This document shows positions 1 through 8,620 of a DNA stretch of 64,000 nt, in pieces; position 1 is the stretch's first letter, and each line of letters starts with the position of its first letter. Below the pieces are notes generated by a model. The model searched no databases and was not told where the DNA came from. It worked only from the letters and a program-made list of their open reading frames with translations. The DNA comes from an uncultured Clostridia bacterium (GTDB taxonomy: Bacteria > Bacillota > Clostridia > Christensenellales > DTU072). The DNA lies in assembly GCA_946621465.1 (NCBI GenBank), contig CAMOOO010000003.1, positions 119,389-183,388 on the forward strand, written 5' to 3'. The position numbers and the translations under genes were made by a program.

Positions 1-1
1 C

Positions 2-3000
2 TACTGGGTCTGCCCCGGATGCTCCCGTTATTTCTCCGATGAGAACGCCACCCGCGAGATCGTCGATAAAATAACCACCATTCCCATGGCGCCCCACGTT
101 ATGAAATATCATAGCGCGGTGCCGAATTCCTGTACCCAAGAAGGTAACATTGAATACTGGGGTTGTGAAAACTGCACCCTGAAATACAGCGATGCGGAAA
201 ACACGCACGAGGTCGTCGAAGTGACTATTCCCAAAGACAGTCACAACATGACCTACCACTACGCGGTCGATTCCACCTGTACTACGGAAGGCAACGTCGC
301 CTATTACGAATGCTCCAAGTGCCATCTGCATTATGAGGACACAGAGGGAGAAAATTTGCTTGAAAGCATCGCCGTTGCCAAGAAGGCGCACTCGATTAAA
401 CATCTCGACGACGAGGATGCTTTGAGTTGTATCGGTGTAGAGGCATACTATTATTGCGAAGACTGCGGAGCGACCTACAAAGACGCCGCCGGCACGGTAG
501 CTTATATAATCTCCGGAGAAACTTCTCATACAATGGTCCATACTCCGGCGGTAGAAGCCACCTGTACTTCGGCAGGTTCGAGAGAGTACTGGACTTGTAC
601 TTTGTGCCAATTCAAATATATGGACGAAAGAGGTACCGCTATCATTGAGACCGGCGACGAGATAATCGACGCTTACGGACACGCGGTCGAACACGTTTCG
701 GCACGGGCTGCTACCTGTACCGAAGACGGCATTGCCGAACATTATTACTGCCACCGTTGCGGACAATACTTTGTGGACGCTTCGGCAGAGACCGGAACGA
801 CGTTTAATGTTCTGAAGATCGAAAAGACCGGACATACCGCCGTTGCCGACGCGAGCGTCGCCGCGACTTGTACCAAAACCGGACTTACGGCAGGGTCGCA
901 TTGCTCCGTTTGCGGCGCTGTTATCACCGCGCAGGAGATAACGGAAAAAATACCGCACGACTACGTCGGTGGAAAATGCACCCAGTGCGAAGAGAACAAA
1001 ACGATTTCTATCAGCTTTTCTGCCGGTAGTCAGGAGCTGGAGGAACAGGATATAACGGCGAACGAGGCGTTTACCTTCCCTGTTCCGACAAAGAGCGGTA
1101 GTTATTTCGTCGGATGGGCGATCGGGACGACGGTCATTACCAACGACGAGGGAAAGAGTCTTGCCGTTTGGAGTTGGAGCTACGACGACTCGGTGGAAGT
1201 TACGGCAGTCTGGGAAGATGACACCGAAGACAGATCCTCTTGCGCTCGCGTCACCTACTATAACGTTTCCGGCGCGACCAACATCAATAACGTCTATCAG
1301 ATAAAGGGCTACGACGTTCTTCTTGCCGACCTGACGGATAGAGTAGGATTTACTTTTGTCAGATGGGAACATAACGACGCGGCAATAACCTATCTCCATC
1401 TGTCCGATGCCAACGTCGCGCTGTACGCCGTGTGGGAAAGAAAGGAATATACCATTTCCTTCGATTTCCAGGGCGGCAAAATGGAAAATCCCGATCTCAA
1501 CGAAGAATATGATGAACTGGAAGTGGATATCCCCTACGATACTTTGCTTGTTTGGGACGAGCTTGCCAGACCCACGAAGGCAGGAAGCACTTTCTTAGGG
1601 TGGTTCTTGAACGTTACGGATGAAACGCCGTATGCCGGAACGAATATGCCGGCGCAGAACATTAAACTGTACGCCAAATGGGAAGTTTATACCATTAAAA
1701 CTTTGGAATACACATCTCTGTACGAGATTAAAGAAAGCGACACGTTAAACGGCGATTTGTTTGGTATCCATATGGTGGACTCCGACGGAAACGAGACCCC
1801 GGTGAGCGTTACCGTTACCATTATCGAGGGCGCGAAAGAGGCGGGCAAAACCATTTCCGTAAGAATCGTAGTTCAAGGCAAATACAACAAAAAGAGAGTA
1901 ATTACGCTGACCGGAATCAAGGTATACGGCACGCCCACGTTGGTATTCGGCGAAGGCGAAAATGCATCTACCGAGCCGACGCTGACCCAATACAGTGAAA
2001 GCGACGAATTGGATGCGGCGTTCTTATCTGCGTCCGGTAAAGACAGCTTCTCAGGCGATACGCAGATCGTCGTTTACGGAGAGACGCAGATCATCGACGT
2101 AGAAAGCAAGAGTTATTCCGACCTTTCCGCTGCCGAGAAGGCGCAGACCGTTCCCGTCGAAGGGGGAGAAGCGCTCCTGTATAAAGAGGCTGCGGACGGA
2201 AGCGTTTTAATCAGAGAGGCTCTTCTGTACGGCGAAGAATGGGAGTACCTGTTGACTAAGGAGAATAAAAAGATCCACTCCGGTATTATAGATGATTGGG
2301 ACGTAAACAGTATCCCCGACGTCGACCTGGAAGAGGGTGGTACCGGAAAACTATACAAAGCCGATATCTACGGATACATTATGATCAGAAAACCCGCTTT
2401 GTATAAGAGTGAGGCGTTTGAAGAATATAGCGACATTATTTTGACCCACGAAGGAACGTGGGACCATTACGAAACGATAGTCATCCGTAGCGTCGACCTG
2501 GTCGGTAACTACGTAGAAAAGAAGATTGAAAACGTAAAGGTCTATTCCAAACCGGTTATCACCTTGGCTAACGAAGTTGTCGCCGTCAAAGCGGACACCG
2601 AAGTAACCGCAGAACTGTGGGGCGCTACCGCAAAAGACTCCTTTAATACCAGTCTGACGGTGGAATTTGCCTGCACCGGATCGAAAACGGTCGGAAACAA
2701 ACTGACGGTAACCTTCACGGCGGAAGACGGACACGGCAACGAAACGACGATAACGCGCGAAGTTAAAGTCCTGGGTACGCCCACGCTGGATCGTCCGACC
2801 AAGACCAGATTCTCCGAGTCGGAAGAGATCAATGCCGAAACGCTCGGATTGGTCGCTAAAGATTCCTGCGGCGACGAAATCGATATTGCCGATATAGAAG
2901 TCACCAAGAAAGATTCTTCAGCGCCGCAGGTAAAGGGCAGTTATTTGACTTATACCGTCGTTGCTACCGACGTCACCGGCAATTCTCTTACCAGAGATAT

Positions 3001-6000
3001 TACCGTTATGATTTATGACAAGCCGATCTTCACGGCGGACGATACTACGGTTGCTTTCCGCTACGGCTCGGATGCGGAGGACGCGGAGTCCTTTGGCGTA
3101 AGCTGCGTGGACGACTTCGGAAGACCGTTGATTGTCAGCGTCGTGCTTTTGTCCGGAAGTCTGGAACCGGGTACTACGCCGCAACTGAAATTCACCGCCT
3201 CCAACGTCGCCGGAATAGAAGACTATATCATCAGAGATTGTAAAGTTTATAGCCAATCGGATATTGAATTGACTTACAGACCGCTCGAAAGCAACGTCGT
3301 CCGTGTAGAGAGCGACGGTTCGGAATTCGGCGCGAGCGCGACGGGGTCCAATGCTTCCGAATGCGTCATTACCGTTTTGGACGTGAACGGAAACAAATTG
3401 GTCGGCGGAGTGGAGACCAGCATTATTTTGCGTGCGACTGACCCGGCAGGCAACTACAAAGACAGCGCCGTAATTGATAACATCTTCGTATACGACGTTC
3501 CCGTTGTGGAATTTGTCAGACACGATAAATTGTATTTGACGAGCGATGAAATGGCCGGTTATAACAACGGAACGCTTACGTTTGCCGCGATGTTCACCGC
3601 CAAAGACAGCTTTAACGAGGACGTCGATCTCAGCTTTACGGTAACAGGAACGACGGAGACGGAAATGACCGTTGAAGTAACTTCCGATCCTGACAACGCC
3701 GGAAACGTTTTCTCGCACGTCTACACCATTGCCATTCTTGCCGAAAATCAATCCATCCTCAAACTGAACGTCAACGGGAAAGTGGTAGAGGAAGAATACA
3801 GAGTAGTGAAAAACGGCAACGTTGACCTGCCCAACCTTTTCGAGGGATACACCTTTAACGGGTGGAAGTATCAAGGAACGGCCGTAACCGGTAGCGACGG
3901 TAAATTGACCAATTGGACGGAAGACGCCGACGTGTACACGTTGAATGCCGACGTTACTTCCAAACAATACACTGTGCACCTGTACGTCAACGATCAAGAG
4001 ATCGGTTCGGTCAAACTGACCTACGGTACCACCTTTAAATTGAATATTCCTTCGATGTCCACCGGACAATCCTTTGTCGGTTGGATGTTTAATAACGAAA
4101 GAATAACGGACGGCACCGGTACCAGCCTCGGCGTTTGGGAAACGGCCAACGAGGTGTACTTCGACGCCGATATCGTTACCACGCAATCGCTCGTTGAATT
4201 GTACTATGCAGACGGTACGTTGTGGACCACTCGTATGTTACTGTACGGCGAATCCTTCGATCTGCCCGTACCCAGCGAAGCCGGATACCTGTTCGAGGGT
4301 TGGTCGCTAGGTGACACCGTCATCACCGATAAGAGCGGAAAGAGCCTGGCGGTCTGGACCAGAACGGAAGCTAAATATACCCTCAGACCCAGACGTGATC
4401 TGGTGGAATACACCATTACCTATAACCTGAACGGCGGCTTGAACAACCCCAAGAACCCGTCCGCTTATTCGGTCAGAAACGTCGGTAGCGGTATTCAACT
4501 TTCCGACCCGGTCAAAGTTACGGACGTTTCGGAAACCTACACTATTAACTACACCAACGGTGGATACGACTACACCGCAACCTATACCATCTACGAATTC
4601 GACGGTTGGTATGCGGAAAGCACCTTCGTCAACCGCGTGCGCGTCATTACCATTGAAAAAGGAAACGTCGTTCTCTATGCAAAATGGGTGGAGACCGAGC
4701 GCACGGTGGAAGAAAACTATGCGTATATCTATAACAAAGAAAACGGAACGGTAGAATTCGGCAGCTATCCGCAGACGAAAGTGGAGAACAGCGATTTGAT
4801 CGACGCTCTGTCCTCTCATGCGGCGACGACGCCGTCTTCCAGCAATCCCAGCGTTCCGGGGTGGAGTTCTTACGGATTCTACATCAGTGGAGAAGTGACG
4901 CAGTATATCTGGTACTTCGACTACACGTACACTTCGGAAGAACATCCGGAATTCAACGGAAAATACAGAGGCGTGTACTTCGAGAACTATCGTCCGAACG
5001 ACATTACCGAGCTTTCGTCCATGTCGAAGAGCTATCAGGACGATAACGGATATCGCGTCGGAAAGATCCACTGGTTCAAGTATGAACCCATCGTGTGGAA
5101 CATTCTTTCCATTGAGGACGGTACGGCGTTTCTTTATACCGACATGATCCTTGATTCCCGTCAGATGAACGAGACGGACGGCGTAGCTTATGCCAACAGT
5201 TCAATCAGCGCATGGCTGAACAGCAGCGCCGGATTCTTTGGCGACGCAACGCTACTTGCCGAAGCTATCGTACCGACGGAGATTGCAACGGGAACGAATA
5301 AAAACGTGTTCCTTCTGTCCAAAGAGGACCTTTGCAACGTAGAGTACGGATTCAGCGCAAGCGAAGGCGCGACCGATCCGAGCAGACGTCAACAGGCGAC
5401 CGACTATGCCGCTTGCTTAGGTGCCTACATCAGCGGCTCCGGTAACTATTCAGGCAACAGCTCCTGGTGGCTGAGGACCGACTCCGGTACCGGTCACTAC
5501 TACATGGTCGGATATAACGGTTCCATTACCCACGATTCTTATAAGAAGACCTACCACGGCATCGTGCCGGCGATCAGAGTATCTTCCTCTTTGTTGTTCG
5601 AGTACGACAGTGTCAATAACGGATACGTAGTCGTAGGATACAACGGATTCGAGGACGTCATCGAGATCCCGAACGAATATTTGGGAGAGGACGTCATTGC
5701 TATCGGCGACTTTGCCTTTGCCAACAAGAACGTGCGTCACGTGACCCTCCCCGGCACGATCAGAACGATCGGAACCCACGCATTCTTCGGGTGTGAAAAC
5801 CTGCTCGGCATCACCCTCCCGGCGAGCTTGGAGTCCATTGACAACAAAGCCTTCTACGGATGCGTCCGGTTGACCACCATCGTCAACAAATCCAGTTTGG
5901 AAATTGTAAAGAACGAAACGAACGGGTACGTTGCCTTCTATGCCGAGTATATCTATGGTAGTTCTTATAACGTGACTATTTCCGAAGAGGGCATCATCGC

Positions 6001-6349
6001 CGTCAGCTCGACGAACGCGTTACTTATTTACGCTTTCGGGACGGAGGACTTAGTGGAGTTTACGGACGTTACCACGATCGGCAAATATGCCTTTATCGAC
6101 AGCGACAAAATAGCTTATCTTGACTTTGACGAGGACCTCGTCGCAATCGATGCTTCTTCTTTTGCAAACTGCACGGCGCTGACTTCCGTTACGATCGGAA
6201 TGACAAGCGGTTATAAGTGGTACTACACGACGAGCGTGGAAAATTGGCGTTCCAGAGCAAACGGAGACGAAGTGGATTTAAGCAGCGCGAGCGTTACTGC
6301 AAGCCTATTAAAACAAGGCGGCTATTTCTATAAGAAATTAGAAGAGTAA
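2..6349 (+). CDS. Giant cell-surface protein, 5'-truncated by the window edge. N-terminal Cys/His mini-module repeats, Listeria-Bacteroides-type repeats, Ig-like repeats, a WWLR-type domain, and C-terminal BspA-type leucine-rich repeats
   Basis: The frame stays open to position 2 (YWVCPGCSRYFSDENATREI precedes the first Met at 86), so the listed Met is not the true start. Repeated G[YF]xFxGW motifs are present (SYFVGWAIG, GFTFVRWEH, GYTFNGWKY, GYLFEGWSL, YEFDGWYAE). A 'SSWWLRTDS...GIVPAIRV' domain follows. The C-terminus carries AFxxCxxLxxItLP LRRs (AFFGCENLLGITLP, AFYGCVRLTTI). Confidence 0.8.
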   Translation, partial: YWVCPGCSRYFSDENATREIVDKITTIPMAPHVMKYHSAVPNSCTQEGNIEYWGCENCTLKYSDAENTHEVVEVTIPKDSHNMTYHYAVDSTCTTEGNVAYYECSKCHLHYEDTEGENLLESIAVAKKAHSIKHLDDEDALSCIGVEAYYYCEDCGATYKDAAGTVAYIISGETSHTMVHTPAVEATCTSAGSREYWTCTLCQFKYMDERGTAIIETGDEIIDAYGHAVEHVSARAATCTEDGIAEHYYCHRCGQYFVDASAETGTTFNVLKIEKTGHTAVADASVAATCTKTGLTAGSHCSVCGAVITAQEITEKIPHDYVGGKCTQCEENKTISISFSAGSQELEEQDITANEAFTFPVPTKSGSYFVGWAIGTTVITNDEGKSLAVWSWSYDDSVEVTAVWEDDTEDRSSCARVTYYNVSGATNINNVYQIKGYDVLLADLTDRVGFTFVRWEHNDAAITYLHLSDANVALYAVWERKEYTISFDFQGGKMENPDLNEEYDELEVDIPYDTLLVWDELARPTKAGSTFLGWFLNVTDETPYAGTNMPAQNIKLYAKWEVYTIKTLEYTSLYEIKESDTLNGDLFGIHMVDSDGNETPVSVTVTIIEGAKEAGKTISVRIVVQGKYNKKRVITLTGIKVYGTPTLVFGEGENASTEPTLTQYSESDELDAAFLSASGKDSFSGDTQIVVYGETQIIDVESKSYSDLSAAEKAQTVPVEGGEALLYKEAADGSVLIREALLYGEEWEYLLTKENKKIHSGIIDDWDVNSIPDVDLEEGGTGKLYKADIYGYIMIRKPALYKSEAFEEYSDIILTHEGTWDHYETIVIRSVDLVGNYVEKKIENVKVYSKPVITLANEVVAVKADTEVTAELWGATAKDSFNTSLTVEFACTGSKTVGNKLTVTFTAEDGHGNETTITREVKVLGTPTLDRPTKTRFSESEEINAETLGLVAKDSCGDEIDIADIEVTKKDSSAPQVKGSYLTYTVVATDVTGNSLTRDITVMIYDKPIFTADDTTVAFRYGSDAEDAESFGVSCVDDFGRPLIVSVVLLSGSLEPGTTPQLKFTASNVAGIEDYIIRDCKVYSQSDIELTYRPLESNVVRVESDGSEFGASATGSNASECVITVLDVNGNKLVGGVETSIILRATDPAGNYKDSAVIDNIFVYDVPVVEFVRHDKLYLTSDEMAGYNNGTLTFAAMFTAKDSFNEDVDLSFTVTGTTETEMTVEVTSDPDNAGNVFSHVYTIAILAENQSILKLNVNGKVVEEEYRVVKNGNVDLPNLFEGYTFNGWKYQGTAVTGSDGKLTNWTEDADVYTLNADVTSKQYTVHLYVNDQEIGSVKLTYGTTFKLNIPSMSTGQSFVGWMFNNERITDGTGTSLGVWETANEVYFDADIVTTQSLVELYYADGTLWTTRMLLYGESFDLPVPSEAGYLFEGWSLGDTVITDKSGKSLAVWTRTEAKYTLRPRRDLVEYTITYNLNGGLNNPKNPSAYSVRNVGSGIQLSDPVKVTDVSETYTINYTNGGYDYTATYTIYEFDGWYAESTFVNRVRVITIEKGNVVLYAKWVETERTVEENYAYIYNKENGTVEFGSYPQTKVENSDLIDALSSHAATTPSSSNPSVPGWSSYGFYISGEVTQYIWYFDYTYTSEEHPEFNGKYRGVYFENYRPNDITELSSMSKSYQDDNGYRVGKIHWFKYEPIVWNILSIEDGTAFLYTDMILDSRQMNETDGVAYANSSISAWLNSSAGFFGDATLLAEAIVPTEIATGTNKNVFLLSKEDLCNVEYGFSASEGATDPSRRQQATDYAACLGAYISGSGNYSGNSSWWLRTDSGTGHYYMVGYNGSITHDSYKKTYHGIVPAIRVSSSLLFEYDSVNNGYVVVGYNGFEDVIEIPNEYLGEDVIAIGDFAFANKNVRHVTLPGTIRTIGTHAFFGCENLLGITLPASLESIDNKAFYGCVRLTTIVNKSSLEIVKNETNGYVAFYAEYIYGSSYNVTISEEGIIAVSSTNALLIYAFGTEDLVEFTDVTTIGKYAFIDSDKIAYLDFDEDLVAIDASSFANCTALTSVTIGMTSGYKWYYTTSVENWRSRANGDEVDLSSASVTASLLKQGGYFYKKLEE

Positions 6350-6376
6350 CGGTAGCAAAAAAGAGTAAACCCTTAA

Positions 6377-6412
6377 GCGCACTCCGCTGAAAAAATCGGA
6401 GTGCGTTTTTTA
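6377..6412 (+). terminator. Rho-independent terminator of the giant surface-protein gene
   Basis: Inverted repeat gcgcactccg / cggagtgcg followed by a T-run (ttttttat). Confidence 0.75.
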
Positions 6413-6475
6413 TTGGAGAAAAGAGCATAATTCCTTATTATAATAGGGAAAATCGGGAAAAGTAGGGCGAAATAA

Positions 6476-6504
6476 TTGACCGATAATAAAAATTGTGATA
6501 CTAT
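6476..6504 (+). promoter_or_regulatory. Sigma-A-type promoter for the acyl-CoA synthetase leader
   Basis: TTGACC, 17 nt spacer, TACTAT, preceded by TGa (extended -10). The predicted +1 falls about 7 nt downstream, on the A of the ATG at 6511. Confidence 0.5.
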
Positions 6505-6510
6505 ATGACC

Positions 6511-6588
6511 ATGAAATTCGCAAGTATGGAAAAAGTGGTCCGTGTAGTCGTACGTGTAAATGTCGTAGTAGAGACGCCATTACATTGA
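6511..6588 (+). CDS. Putative leaderless Val-rich leader peptide (MKFASMEKVVRVVVRVNVVVETPLH)
   Basis: 25 codons with 9 Val in a 12-codon run. No Shine-Dalgarno sequence, but the ATG sits at the predicted transcription start. It lies just upstream of alternative hairpins and a terminator. An alternative ATG at 6505 would lie upstream of the predicted start. Confidence 0.3.
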   Translation: MKFASMEKVVRVVVRVNVVVETPLH

Positions 6589-6617
6589 CGCTGCTTGTGA
6601 AGTTCCTAAAACAATGA

Positions 6618-6648
6618 AAGGCACCTTAACAAGCAGGGTGCCTTTTTT
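6618..6648 (+). terminator. Leader terminator (putative attenuator) upstream of the acyl-CoA synthetase
   Basis: aaggcacc / ggtgcctt stem followed by tttttt, 45 nt before the RBS of the 6693 gene. The loop sequence acaagcag is complementary to ctgcttgt at 6591-6598. Confidence 0.55.
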
Positions 6649-6692
6649 AAGAGCATTATATATAAGGTAAGAAGGATCAAAGGAGAAAAGAA

Positions 6693-8336
6693 ATGAACTT
6701 TTTAAATAAGTTTCTGGACAGGATCGAGTATGACAGTTACGAGGATTTTGCGGAGAACTGTAAAATAAAAGTTCCGGAAAAGTTCAATTTTGCTTATGAT
6801 ATCATCGACGAGTACGCACGGCTTGCTCCGGAGAAGAAAGCCATTCTTTGGTGCAGCGACAAAGGGGAAGAAAAGGTAATAACCTTTAAAGAACTGTCCC
6901 TTTTGAGTAACAAAGTCGCCAACGTATTGACCTCGAAAGGACTCAAGAAGGGCGACATTGTCATGACCATGCTCAACCGTAGATGGGAGTACTGGGTGAC
7001 CATTATGGCTTGTCATAAAGCAGGTATCGTCATCGTTCCGGCGACCTTCCTTCTGACCGAAAAAGATATTGAATACCGTATTAAGGGCGCCGGCGTCAAG
7101 TGCCTTATTTCTATCAACGAGGACTCCGTTATAAAGAATATCAACGACACCAAGCCCACCCTCCCTGACGACTTCATTTATTACACAATCGGAGAAAGAG
7201 AGGGGTACGAAAACTTTTCCGAGGCGATCGAAAAAGCGAGCGACGTATGGGAAAAGGTGGAGACCGACCTCTACGATGAGAGCGTGGTCTACTTCACTTC
7301 CGGTACGACCGGCTATCCCAAAATGGTCGCGCATAACTTTCTTTACCCCCTCGGCTTTATCTACAACGCCGTTTATTGGCACAAAGTCATCGACGACGGA
7401 CTGCACTTTACCTCTTCGGAATCGGGCTGGGCAAAATGCAGCTGGGGTAAACTGTACGGACAGTGGATCGCCGGGACCTGCCTCTTTATCTACGACTATT
7501 TCCATAAATTTCAACCCACCGATTTGTTGGAACGCATCGAAAAGTACCGCATCGACACCTTCTGCGCTCCGCCCACGATTTATCGGTTTTTAATTAAAGA
7601 AGACCTTTCTAAGTACGACCTGTCTTCCCTTTCGCACTGCTCGACGGCAGGCGAAGCGCTTAACGCCGAAGTCTGGAAACAGTTCTACGCCGCGACCGGT
7701 CAGAAAATTTATGAAGGTTACGGACAGACGGAAACCAGTATTATCATGGGTACGTTCTATATGATGGATATCCGCGCCGGATCCATGGGTAGACCGTCGC
7801 CGCTGTATGACGTCCACCTTGTCGACGACGAAATGAACGACGTCGAACCGGGCGTAGTTGGGGAGATCGTAATCAAAATACACCAGCCGCAGTGCAGTCT
7901 GGTCTATAAATATCACAATAGTCCGGAATTGACGGAAGAGAGATTGGGAGCAGGGTATCACCACACCGGCGACCTTGCTTACTATGACGAAGATGGTTAT
8001 TACTGGTTTGTCGGAAGAACGGACGACGTTATTAAATCTTCCGGTTACCGTATCGGACCGTTCGAGGTCGAGAGTACGCTTATGGAGCATCCCGCCGTTT
8101 TGGAATGCGCTATCACCGGCGTGCCTGATCCGCAACGCGGTCAGGTGGTCAAAGCAACCATCGTTTTAGCCAAAGGGTACCAAGCCTCCGATGAATTGGC
8201 TAAGGAACTGCAAATTTACGTTAAAACGCATACCGCGCCCTATAAATATCCGCGTATCGTTGAGTTCGTCGACGAACTGCCCAAGACCATCAGCGGTAAA
8301 ATCAAGCGTAACGAAATCCGCAACGCGAATAAATAA
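6693..8336 (+). CDS. AMP-forming acyl-CoA synthetase (medium/short-chain acyl-CoA ligase family)
   Basis: AMP-binding motif YFTSGTTGYPKMV, YGQTET, GDLAYYDEDGYYWFVGRTDDVIKSSGYRIGPFEVES, and C-terminal PKTISGKIKRNEIR. RBS aaaggagaaaag. Confidence 0.85.
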   Translation: MNFLNKFLDRIEYDSYEDFAENCKIKVPEKFNFAYDIIDEYARLAPEKKAILWCSDKGEEKVITFKELSLLSNKVANVLTSKGLKKGDIVMTMLNRRWEYWVTIMACHKAGIVIVPATFLLTEKDIEYRIKGAGVKCLISINEDSVIKNINDTKPTLPDDFIYYTIGEREGYENFSEAIEKASDVWEKVETDLYDESVVYFTSGTTGYPKMVAHNFLYPLGFIYNAVYWHKVIDDGLHFTSSESGWAKCSWGKLYGQWIAGTCLFIYDYFHKFQPTDLLERIEKYRIDTFCAPPTIYRFLIKEDLSKYDLSSLSHCSTAGEALNAEVWKQFYAATGQKIYEGYGQTETSIIMGTFYMMDIRAGSMGRPSPLYDVHLVDDEMNDVEPGVVGEIVIKIHQPQCSLVYKYHNSPELTEERLGAGYHHTGDLAYYDEDGYYWFVGRTDDVIKSSGYRIGPFEVESTLMEHPAVLECAITGVPDPQRGQVVKATIVLAKGYQASDELAKELQIYVKTHTAPYKYPRIVEFVDELPKTISGKIKRNEIRNANK

Positions 8337-8361
8337 TTTTTAAAAATACTTAGAATAAAAT

Positions 8362-8408
8362 AGTACGAGGAGGAAACCCTTTTGTAAAATGGTTATCCTC
8401 CTCGTACT
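8362..8408. terminator. 13-bp perfect hairpin. It has a U-tract only when read on the minus strand
   Basis: agtacgaggagga / tcctcctcgtact. On the minus strand it is followed by attttattct. On the plus strand no T-run follows. Confidence 0.45.
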
Positions 8409-8620
8409 CGCCGATTCCGGCTGCGTCTCTGGTCGTAATCCTAGATTTCTTCCGACTTTGGCTACCGACAGCGCACTGTGCTGTCAGCTTAACGCGTCGT
8501 CCTCCCTCTTCCGAAAACATTTACTATAATAATCTGAATTCGGTTCCTCTGTTTATGATTGCAACTTTGAAGGGAATTGTTGGTCGAGGATTTCGATTTC
8601 TTACGTACTTTATCTAAAAA

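Noticed and set aside
8350-8520. A 56-codon minus-strand ORF (MFSEEGGRRVKLTAQCAVGSQSRKKSRITTRDAAGIGEYEEDNHFTKGFPPRTILF) downstream of mnmE
   Set aside because: There is no Shine-Dalgarno sequence or convincing promoter. The ORF runs through the 13-bp terminator hairpin and its composition is unremarkable. The region is more likely a 3' UTR. It is reported only as part of the 8337-8620 observation.
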